Assembly (NCBI GenBank): GCA_023213395.1
Contig: CM041465.1
Span: 71,865,741-71,929,740 of the forward strand
Direction: 5' to 3'
From: Cycas panzhihuaensis
Taxonomy: Eukaryota > Plantae > Cycadophyta
DNA length: 64,000 bases
The position numbers were made by a program, and so were the translations under genes. Below the pieces are notes generated by a model. The model saw only the letters and a list, made by a program, of their open reading frames with translations, was not told the DNA's origin and did no database searches. Each line of letters begins with the position of its first letter. Position 1 is the stretch's first letter. This document shows positions 12,177 through 22,529 of the stretch, one piece after another.

Positions 12177-12640
12177 TCAGAGGCTACAAGCAAGCGAGAA
12201 TTGCCAACTGCCAAGAAATAGCACCATCAAAATTCCCATGATCAGATATCCCTTAGCCAACATCAGACCTAACAATCTCTGGGCTTCTTCTTTTCTGTGC
12301 GCTTTGAGTCCGCGAATAAGCAAGGTGAACATTTCATTATTGGGAACAACAACCCTCTTCTCCATATCACGGAAAAGGATCAAGGCATCGTCAGATCTTT
12401 GAACTATGCACAGTGGTGTAATCAGTAGCGTATAAGTAGCCACATTAGGCTTGCAATTGTTCGTCAACATTTCATCCAAAATATTGCATGCTTTCTTCAA
12501 TCTCCTTCTCCGGCAAAGGACATCAATGAATTCGTGAAAAGTATGAGCATCATGTAAGTTTGAAGGGCTTCTTTCACTTTTTGAAACTGGCAATATTTCC
12601 TAATAAGCGTCTCCCGCTGCGAGTTCAATCTTCTTACACT
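12177..12640 (-). pseudogene. Pentatricopeptide repeat (P-type PPR) gene fragment
   Basis: 35-aa-type repeats: TFHEFIDVLCRRRRLKKACNILDEMLTNNCKP, NVATYTLLITPLCIVQRSDDALILFRDMEKRVVVP, NNEMFTLLIRGLKAHRKEEAQRLLGLMLAKG; a further frameshifted motif upstream (TLIRKYCQFQKVKEAL). Confidence 0.85.
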
Positions 12641-12644
12641 AGGC

Positions 12645-13315
12645 GGTAGTGATGTCTTTGGTTATACGCCTTGTGACACAGAGGTGGTCATCATTTGTTG
12701 AGGGAAACGGATCCCCTTGGACCAGCCTATGATTGCTATATTCGAAATAGGATTCCTCCATATGGCATAGCTAGTTTATCAGGAGGTGATCTTGGTGGTC
12801 TAGGTGGAATAGGACTGGGTAGAACAACTGGTAGTGGTTTGTCTTGCTCTGCTCTTGATGATTCTGTTTTAATAGGCCAAAGGCTGGGAATTGGAAGTAT
12901 AGATCCATCCCTTGTTGGAAAGGGCCGGCCAGATGTTCTTAGAGATCCTTTAAGGAGGCCTGAAGAGCATCTTCCAGCAGGTGCATCCAATACACTATTT
13001 GTTGAAGGTCTTCATGCAGATTGTACACGAAGAGAAGCAACTCACATTTTTCGTCCTTTCGTTGGCTTCAAGGAAGTTAAACTGATAAACAAGGAAGCTA
13101 GACATCCTGGAGGTGACCCTATTGTTCTGTGTTTTGTGGATTTTGCCAATGCAAGTTGTGCAACAACTGCCCTAGAAGCTCTGCAAGGTTACAAATTCGA
13201 TGAAAATGAACGTGATTCAACTTCTTTAAGATTGCAATTTGCACGATTTCCTGGACCCAGGGGAGGGTCCTCTACTGCACGTGAACGAGATGATTATTCT
13301 CGTGGTCGACATTGA
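12645..13315 (+). pseudogene. NSR: Intronless, 5'-truncated copy of a nuclear speckle RNA-binding protein (NSR/RBP1-type single RRM)
   Basis: 206-codon open frame with ASNTLFVEGL...RREATHIFRPFVGFKEVKL...GDPIVLCFVDF...ALEALQGY...LRLQFAR, the signature RRM of Arabidopsis NSRa/NSRb. Ends at a natural-looking stop; no ATG start, no introns. Confidence 0.85.
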
Positions 13316-13389
13316 TTTCATGACACATGATAGAGAATGATTTGCTGGCGGAGCAACCAGTTTTGACAGAGGAAGCGAATGATTTTTGA

Positions 13390-13944
13390 GTCAGTGTGCA
13401 ATTCCTTCTCACCTTAATTGTTGCTTCGGCCGACGTTTCATATACTCCTTTCACACTGTTCTTGGTTAAAACGCCAGGCCTCTCCATTGGCGTCGTCTTC
13501 TTGCATCTAACTTTGTTGTGTCCTCTCTACTACTATCATCATAAGCATCCAGTTAATCTTGTATTGTTGGGATTGTTCACTGTTGTTTTGAGCCTTACAG
13601 TTGGAATACCCTGTGCATTCACAATTGATGCATTGATATTGATAAACTGCGATCGTGTTTTCGCCATCGGGTACACATTCTGGGCATCAACGAAGGGCAA
13701 AGATTTCAGTTTTCTGGGTTCAATTCATTTTGGTCTAATTCAGGCTTTCTTTCCCTTTGGATCTCTCTCAACAGCTATTTATGGAGGTTTGGCAGCACTC
13801 ATATTCTCTGGATACATTGTTTATGATACTAATAACCTAATTAAGAGGTACAACTATGACCAGTACATCTGGGCTTCAGTAGTCCTCTACTTGAACATCC
13901 TGAATTTGTTTACATCCTCGCAACTATTGAGGGGAACTGATTAA
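13390..13944 (+). pseudogene. LFG: Intronless, 5'-truncated LIFEGUARD / BI1-like (Bax inhibitor-1 family) copy
   Basis: HKHPVNLVLLGLFT, YTFWASTKGKDFSFLG, IFSGYIVYDTNNLIKRYNYDQYIWASVVLYLNILNLF match plant LFG proteins; small internal deletions relative to the family. Confidence 0.87.
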
Positions 13945-14619
13945 GAATCTGTAAACAGATTATTATTTTGCTAAATGGTTTGCCATTTTCTTTCACAACG
14001 AAATTGACATCAATTCTTCAGAGTCTTCCCCATCTAGTCCCCATATTCTTCATCTTGAATAACTGCAGAGTACCCACAGTAGAAAACACTCCCAGATTGC
14101 AAGTTGTGATCTATCTTGTGACCTTCACCAAAGACAAAGGGAGAAAAAGTTGGAACGGCGATTGCAAAGCTTGACAGAGCAGCCAGTGGGCAGAAGGGAA
14201 CCATATTAGAAAGCAGTCAGCGATTGAAAGTTGGATTTTTGGGTGGGAGCGGTTACAACCAACCATAGAATTATGGTTACTTCCAAGATGTGGAAAAGGA
14301 ATAAATGTAAAAATCTAAAAATGTGCATGTGTGTGTGTGGATAATTATTGATCACAGAGTGTCGCGTGCCTGTGCATTATAAAATACTTGTTGTGGATTG
14401 TGTCTGCAAAAGGCTCTGTGTATTGCTCTGGGTTGGCATTTGGTTGTCAGAGAACCAGATGCGACCCGTCATTAATAGAATGATTATGGTTTTTTCCTCC
14501 ATTGATGGACTTTTGTACATTCTAGAGTAAGTGTATGATAGAGTTGATTGACACTTGTGACTATTCTGTGCCTACTTATTAGTGTTTGCATAATAGTGTG
14601 TAGTAAGTAGAAGCACATA

Positions 14620-15670
14620 GCACAATCCTTTGAAACATAGCCAGTGCATTGGTAAGGCTAAATGGCATCAATCGATATGCATTAGCTCCCTATTTTGTGA
14701 TGAACGTTGTTTTAGATTGGTCTTTTGGTGCAATACTCACTTGGTTATATCTACTAGAACCATTTGTGAAGGAGTAGACTTCCTTCTCCTCCTTACCATC
14801 TCCAATACATCTTTTATAAAGGGTACTGGGAATGGATACTCTTTTATTACTTTATTAAGTTGTTAATAGTCATCACACACTTGAATTTTTCAATTCTTTT
14901 TGGATACCACCACTATGGGGCTAACCCAACATTGTATTCTACTTCGTAGATATATCTTACTTCCAACATCTGTCTGGCTTGGCTTTAAAATTTTCTTTAA
15001 ATTTTGGATTCAATATGTATTTTCGTTGCTTAATAGGTTTGGCTCCCTCTATGAGATCTATATGGTGGACTCCAATCTTTGGTAGGGTCCCCTTCAGGCC
15101 CTTGTATGACCAAGCAAATAAATCTTGGTACCCTGCAAATAGAGTTTGGGCTTAGGAAAATAGTTTGATTGTCCTAATAATCCCCAATTGTAATTTTGCA
15201 AGGCCTATTGTTATCCCCAATGTCTACCTATCTATTTTTTAATCCTTTGAATTCAACTTGTTTATTTTGGCCCGGGCTATCTTCCTATATTCATATCTTA
15301 GCTCCGTGTATTCTAGGGGAAAGTGATGTGCCTCCCCTCTTCCAGGCTCTTGTCCTTTCTTAATACTAACAAGTTTGCATAATACTTGGTTTCTTTTCTA
15401 ACACTCAATGTCTTAAGTCTGTGTAGAACTTTATTATCCTACTGTCATCCGATTTGTATGAAAATGCCCTGAGGAATGCCTTCTGGATGTCATGCCAATC
15501 TACATGCCTAACCATTTCCTTTCTTATGAACCAATCATGTCCTACTTGACCTAATGTATGAAAGAAGAGGTGACTCCATTCCCTCTTACTAATGCTATCA
15601 TGTTTCCACCTAATCTACATTCCCTCAAATGGTTAAGGGGGCAATTTCTTACAAGAAATATTCCTAGTAG
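14620..15670 (-). mobile_element. Fragment of A/B-type gypsy pol (capsid-like module and N-terminal RT)
   Basis: Minus strand: EWSHLFFHTLGQVGHDWF...WHDIQKAFLRAF, KIQVCDDY*QLNKV, YNQVSIAPKDQSKTTF...AYRLMPFSLTNA. Confidence 0.8.
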
Positions 15671-16372
15671 TCCCACAACCCCAACCATCATCACCCTTGT
15701 CTAGGTGGTCATTTCATGGAGTAGGTTATTAGAACCAACACTTAAGTAGTGCATTGCTCATTCGGCGTCAAATTGGGCAAGCTAACCTACATATGAGAAG
15801 TCAAATGCTACTACAGTGGAATTAAAGTGCGACCATTTATGAACCTACTCCTCCCCATAGAGTGGGTCTATGAAACTTCCACTAATCTCAAGCTTCCTTC
15901 CTTTAGGAATACTCAAGACATAATGTATGGGGTTGCACCCGAATGCCTAGTAAGCTCTAAGAGATGAGTAAGTTCCACTTGAACTTTCATGGCTTGGATG
16001 CTAATCTGCAAGGCACATTCATTAAACACTATGAAAAAAATTTCATTTGTCGATATGCATGTAGGTGATCTATGTTTCAAAAACACAGTGTTCCTAATTT
16101 TCGAAATGCAATATAAAACTTCAGTTCTTAAAAGTTCACGGGCCTATTGGAAGGAGGTAGAAAATAGTCGATTATCTCCAAGTAGGGTTGCATTCCATCC
16201 AAAGTGCTTATTAGTGATTAATTAGGTGAAGTTGTTGGCTAGGCACCAGGTTGACTTCACAAAGGAGCACCACTAGAATAAGTGTAGTAAGGTCTCTTTC
16301 CACCCACAAAATGTGAATGCCACATCATTGAAATTAATCTTGGGTAGTCTAGGCTTAACAGTCAGTCCATGT
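15670..16372 (-). mobile_element. L1-type LINE, 3' portion (zf-RVT domain and tail)
   Basis: Minus strand: GLTVKPRL...FCGWKETLLHLF*WCSFVKSTW...KIRNTVF; continues the frame ending WSLFH at 27206. Confidence 0.7.
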
Positions 16373-16842
16373 TGTAGTATTCCCCCTATCAGTCTGGTCA
16401 TCCTTAAACATTTAGTCTACATGATATATTTTGGCTAACCTCTATAATTTATTCTGACTAAACTCTGTAAATTACTCCGGGTGACTCCTACACCATGTTC
16501 TAGCCAAATTCTTAGGATCTAGTTTATCTGCCCATTTATAAGGCTCTATGGCCCAATTCCTAAGCATCAATTGAGAGTTTCAAACCTGCTATATTTTTGG
16601 CCTTAAGGGCCATGGTTGAGAGGACACCTTGCATCAAAGAGGAAGCTAGGACAGATACTTAATATCCTGTAAGTTTTGATACTTTGTATATACTATTTTC
16701 TCTTTATATTTCAGTCTATTTGAGTTATAAAGCAATAGAATATAGTACATTTTTTGATAAGTCATGTAAAAATTTGCAAGTTAGTCTGGTATATCATAAT
16801 CATTCAACCATTAAGGTATGAATTCCCTTTGGAATTCCCACA
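16373..16842 (+). repeat. C0 5' LTR (470 bp)
   Basis: TGTAGTATTCCC...TTCCCACA, followed by AG-TGGTATCAGAGC. Confidence 0.88.
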
Positions 16843-17007
16843 AGTGGTATCAGAGCCTCATTATTGAGGCCATTTTTGGGGAGTAAAAAATAGATTGCAC
16901 TAGTGACAAAATCGGGGTGGCTAATTAGAGAATGGCCATTTTTTCTTCCCTTTCCTTTTTATATATAAATGAAGTTGAGATCCAGAAAAACACTTCAGCT
17001 AAGCAAA

Positions 17008-20000
17008 ATGGTGAATCAACCATTTGTAACCATAGAGGATGTAAATCACAAGGTAGATACCCTAAGCTATGACATGGCATACATAAAAGAGGAAATAAAA
17101 AGTCTCCACAACCTAGTAAATGAAGCATTGTCTGGATGCCCTAAGAGACAAGAGATACCTAAGAATGAGGCATAAACATTAGATAAAGGGGAAAATAAAT
17201 TCCAAGAAGGAAATCAAGAAAAATGGCAATTTGAACCAAGCCAAGGTCTCAAAGGTGCCAAATTCTTTTTAGAAAAGTTCGGCCTCGATAAGTCAAGGGA
17301 CATCCACAATTGGATAATCCAAATGGAGATCTATTTCTAGACAAACACACTTTCAAGAAAAGATTAGATCCTTTTGGCATCCCTTCATTTATATGGAAAA
17401 GCACTTAAGTGGTTCCATTGGTGGAAAAGATTCTAGGGGGGGGCAAAGAACAACAATTGGATTTACCTAAAAGAAAGCCTTATAGAACAATACGAGGATA
17501 CATGGAACGCTTATCACTTCACCAACTCATGAGCTTACAAAAAGCAAGGTCAATTCAAACTTACACAGAGCAATTTCAAACCCTACATAGCTTGATAGAC
17601 AACAAAATTGTAGAAGAGCTACTCATACAAGCATATGTCTCAGGGCTTAGAGGAAATATCAAATACTGCATAAAAACAAGGGGAGCAGTGACCATCAACA
17701 ACGCTATATGTCATGTTAAGAATGTAGAAACTGAATATAGAGAAGGGCAACAAAGTTATGTTTGTTGAAACAAGTTTTCCCAAAATCTAGGTCGAAATTT
17801 CTAACCAAATTGGAATCGATCAAGAACAAACGTTGAGGCCTCAATTATAGAAGAAAACGAAGAAGGGTCAAGCGGGAATAAACTTTCTTAAGCAAAGCAT
17901 CTTAAAAAAGGAACTTGTTTCAAATGTGAAGGGAAGTGGAACCATGACCATAATTGCCCCTCAAAGAAAGTGTTCATGATCAACAAAGAGGACACAAACA
18001 CTTTGGATGAAAGCAAAGAAGAACCACAGGATATAAGCAACAAAGCAAAGATCAAAGAATTACTTAAAACCAATACTAAAAACATACAAATATCATTATA
18101 AGCCATCACTAGAGAAGTCAACACCCCTCAAACACTACGATTTTCGGGGACGATAAAAGAAGCAAAGATAGCAATCCTAGTAGACAAGAGGAGCACACAC
18201 AACTTCATTAATAAACCAACAACGAAAAAATTGGGTTTGCCAATCCAAGTACTCAATGTATTTCAAGTTAGTTATCACAAATGGAAAGACAATGACATGT
18301 GGAGGATATTGTCCAAAAGTAAACCTACAAATTGTAAATTACTCCACGACTACATGCATGTTCACTATACTTATTGGAGGAGTTGATGTTGTCCTTGGAA
18401 TACGATGGTTACAAAATTTGGGGAATATCATCACCAACTATACAACCCGATTGATGAGTTTTTATCAAAAGGGTCACAAATACAAATTACAAGCACCACC
18501 CACATCACCAACCCAATTAGTAACATCACATTGTATGGAGAAAATATTGATGGCATGCTATAAAAGTGTGATAGAGGGTGTTCCAACAGAAGTACAAGCA
18601 CTCATTAACCAACATAGCAAGGTCTTTGAAGAACCTTCCTAATGATTAACCCCAAACCACGAATGTGAACAACCCATCGAGTTAACACTAGGAGCAGCAC
18701 TTGTAAATATCTAACCATATCGACATCCCTATTACTTTAAAAAGGAGATCAAACAAATTACTCGAGAACTCTTACACCAAGGGTACATCACACCTAGCTA
18801 GAGCCCTTTTGCATCACTGGTCATATTAAGCCAAAAGAAAGATGGCTTATAGTATATGTGCATAGACTATCAAGGGCTTAACAAAATCACAATAAAAAAC
18901 TGGTACCCAATTCCCTTAATAAACGACCTGCTAGACAAAAAACATGGAGCAAAGTTCTTTTTAAAGATCAATCTACGCTGAAGATATTACCATATCTGCA
19001 TAAAAGGAGAGCATGGGTACAAAACAATATTCTGCACCTGCGAAGGATTATTAAAATTCCGCGTTATGCCCTTAGGATTAACAAATGCTTCAGCGACCTT
19101 CTAAAGCACAAGGAACAAGGTACTCAAAACTTTCTTATGCAAATTTGTGTTAGTTTTCTTTGACGATATTTTGATCTACAACTCAACCTAGGAGGAACAT
19201 TTAGAGTACGTTAAAGATGTACTACAAGTTCTAGAATGCAACAATTTTTTTGCTAACAAAAGTAAATGCACATTCAAGCAAATCAAGTTGGAATACTTGG
19301 GACATATTATCATGTTGGAAGGTGTTAAGATGGACCCAAAAAAGGTTCAAGCTATCATAGAATGGTCCACACCAATAAATGTAACAGGAGTAAGAAGCTT
19401 TTTAGGAGTTGTCGGGTTCCTTTGATGACTTATTAGAGGATACGCGCATATTGCCACACCCCTAACCGATCTTATGAAGAAAGATTCTTTTAAATGGAAC
19501 CAACCAACGGAAAATGCTTTCCAAGGACTAAAGATCGCAATGACCATAACACCAATACTCGCAACACCAAATTTTTCCCAACCATTCACCTTAGAATGTG
19601 ATGCATCCAAAGCAAGCATAGGAGTCGTCCTCCTCAAAAATGCAAATTGAATACAAGGGAATGACTTAAGCCCATTTATGACAAGGAAATATTGGCAATC
19701 ATGCACACCATACATCAATGGTGCCAATACTTACTAGGGAGCAAATTCATGGTTAAAATAGATCACGATAGCCTTAAGTACTTCCTCAATCAAAAGACAT
19801 TATCCGAAAAACAACGGAAATGGGAAAGCAAACTTCAAATATTTGATTTTAGAATCTCATACAAAAAGGGTAAAGAGAACACCATCACAGATGCATAATC
19901 CCAGATTTTCGATGAAAAAACCAAACACGAGGATATGTCCATAGAGGCCATCTTTGTAACTACTCCAAGTTGGATAGAAGAGATGATTTAGGAATACCAG

Positions 20001-21386
20001 AATGATCCAGGGTCTCGAAAACCATTAAAGAAGATCCAGGCCAAAGGAACAACAACATATGAATTCGAAGGAAATCTGATCCTACGAAAAGGCAAAATAT
20101 TAGTACCAGCATCATTGTCATTGAGAACTAAAATCCTCAACAAGCCCCATTCCGCCCCAACAATGGGACACATAGAAATTGACAAAACATATCACCAGAT
20201 ACGAAACACATTCTATTGGAAGGGAATAAAATAAGAGATACATAGGTTTGTTTTAAAATGTGACACTTGCCAAAGAAACAAAAACAAAAGTGTAATAAAT
20301 CCCAATCTACTCCAACCATTATATACATCGGAGCAAAAATGGGAAGAAATCTTGATGGATTTCATAATTGGATTGCCCGAATTAGAAGGCAAGGATGCCA
20401 TCTTTGTTGTAGTTGATCGTTTAACAAAATATGCACATTTTAGAGGAATACAAGTAACAACTAAAGTTAGTCAAATCATTGAAATTTTCATAAAAGAGAT
20501 ACATTGCCTCCATGGATTTCCAAAAGCAATAGTCAGCAACGATGACGCAAAATTCACAACTCATTTTTGGCAGGAGTTATACAAATTAGTTAGCACAAAA
20601 TTATCCATGAGTGCTGCCTATGATCCATAGATAGATGGCCAAACCAAAGGAGTAAACAAATGTCTGGAAGGATACTTGCGAAACTTCACCTCAAACAAAC
20701 AACAACAATGGCACAAATGGCTTCACCTGGCCAAATGGTGGTATAACACCACATACCATACCTCTACGAAAATGACTCGTTCCAAGAAATTTATGGTTTT
20801 GACCCACCTTCCATCTTTACATGGACAAAAGTCTCCTACATATAATCTGTTCAAGAACAATAGGAGCAAATGGAGCAAACAATTCAATTACTCAAAGACA
20901 ACCTAATCTTCACCAAGAATCGAATGAAGCAACAAGTAGACTTGGACAAACCAAAAATCTCCTTTGTGATAGGAGACTAGGTCTACATAAGACTCCAACC
21001 GTATAAACAAACCACAATGAAACAATCCCGTAAACATAAACTACAACCACGATTCTTTGGTCCATATTAGGTTACTAATAAGATGGGAGAAGTGGCGTAC
21101 AAACTAAGCCTACCCTTGAATAGTCAAATCCATAATATCTTTCGCATTTCATGCCTTAAGCAAAAACTTGGTCAAAATATCACCCCACAAATAGAATTAC
21201 CAAATATTGGATGTCAAAGGCAAGATTATTATAGAACTAGAGGGCATTCTACAAGTACATACAAAAAGGTTACACTCCAAAGAAATCCAAGAATGTCTTA
21301 TAAAGTGGAAGACCCTGAATCAAGAAAACGCAACCTAGGAATCTGAAGAATGGTATCGTTAGCATTTGGACTTACCCATGCTTTGA
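17008..21386 (+). pseudogene. gag-pol: Degenerate gag-pol with C-terminal chromodomain (C0)
   Basis: Protease (LVDKRSTHNFI), RT (VFFDDILIY), RNase H (CDAS, DHDSLKYF), integrase (MDFIIGLP, VVVDRLTKYAHF, GPY), chromodomain (CLIKWK...AT*E); many stops. Confidence 0.9.
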
Positions 21387-21416
21387 GGGAAAAGCATATT
21401 TTCAAGAGGAGGGATT

Positions 21417-21582
21417 TATAGCATTCCCTTTACCATTCTGGCTGACTTCAAACATTCAATCTATATGGTATATTTTAGTTGACCACTATAAGTTATATGG
21501 CTGAACTTTGTAAATTAATTTAATCGACTTCTACACCACATTCTTGTCAAATTCTTGAGATGTAGTTTATCTACATATTTAT
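21417..21582 (+). repeat. C0 3' LTR, left part
   Basis: Matches the start of 16373-16842; broken at TTTAT by the copia. Confidence 0.85.
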
Positions 21583-21772
21583 TGTTAAGGTTAATGTTTT
21601 ATCTAGGCTTATTGTAATATACAAGTGAAGGTTATGTGACATTCCCTCTTTACCCGGCCTATGACAAGTGGCATACATGCATTCAGCCCTATCCAAGGCT
21701 CATGTAACTCACATTGTATTTATAGAGGGACTTCCCTCATTAATGATATGAGCTTTCATTGAGAGTTTAACA
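21583..21772 (+). repeat. Copia 5' LTR (190 bp)
   Basis: TGTTAAGG...TTTAACA. Confidence 0.92.
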
Positions 21773-22529
21773 TGGCATCAGAGCAAGGTTCTCTATTTGT
21801 TTAAGACAAGTTCAGTAGGGGTCTTGGAGAGAAAAGTTTGATATTAAGTTTTATAGGGTTTATGAGAGAATCTGACGGAGTTTATAGGGTTTCTGAGAGA
21901 ATCTAAAGGAGTTCTGATATTTTTCAGGCTGTCAAGCAAGCAAGACATTAATTGTATGAAGTACGGACAAAGTACAGACACTATACGGGCAGGGTATGGA
22001 CTGTATAGACCAATTTTTAAAGTGCTCAGAACTATCTAAAATTTCACCAGCAAGTTCGTTTTGAAGAGGTCATCATCTTTCTCTAAAGGCTTGACTCGAA
22101 AATCACATGTTTTAAGGTTATTTCGACCAATTTTCAATGGGTACAAGTTTAGAAAGGAGATCACAAATTTCTCGCATTTTGCTTAGTCATTTTGAGTAAT
22201 ATATCTCTCAAAATCTTCCTCTCCTTAAGATGAGTCTGTTGATACCAATTTCGAAGTGGTTTGATAGAGATTTTAAAAAATACAAGCATTTTTCTCAAAG
22301 AACCCTAGTTGCCAGTCTAGGATTTCGACCCTAATTCTGCTCAATTGAGAAAAATTCTTTCAGAAATTTTTATAGATTTGGAACCTATGTCTCAAGAGCT
22401 ACATTTTGCACCTATTTTTTTCCTGATCCATACAGTTGCAAATTTTTTCATAATTTTGTATAATGTATGGTCGTATAGCCTGAAAGTACAGTCTCATGGT
22501 GTTTATTGCTTAGTTTCATAAATCTAAAA

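Larger units (their letters stand above)
11266..14620 (+). mobile_element. Non-autonomous LTR element carrying captured host mRNA fragments; 3' LTR not found
   Basis: LTR 11266-11568 and iMet PBS, then a copia-like leader and PPR, RRM and BI-1 pieces; no gag/pol. The right boundary is approximate (abuts a gypsy RT fragment). Confidence 0.65.

Noticed and set aside
12177-13944. A genuine three-gene host cluster (PPR, NSR, LFG)
   Set aside because: The pieces are truncated, lack start codons, promoters and introns, are packed within tens of bases and lie right behind an LTR/PBS.
14620-15670. Initially read as the 3' end of the LINE
   Set aside because: Translation shows Ty3/gypsy RT motifs (YNQ..IAP.DQ.KTTF, MPF.LTNA), not LINE sequence.
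21850-21912. About 30-bp tandem duplication in the copia leader
   Set aside because: Common feature of copia 5' UTRs; no further significance evident.
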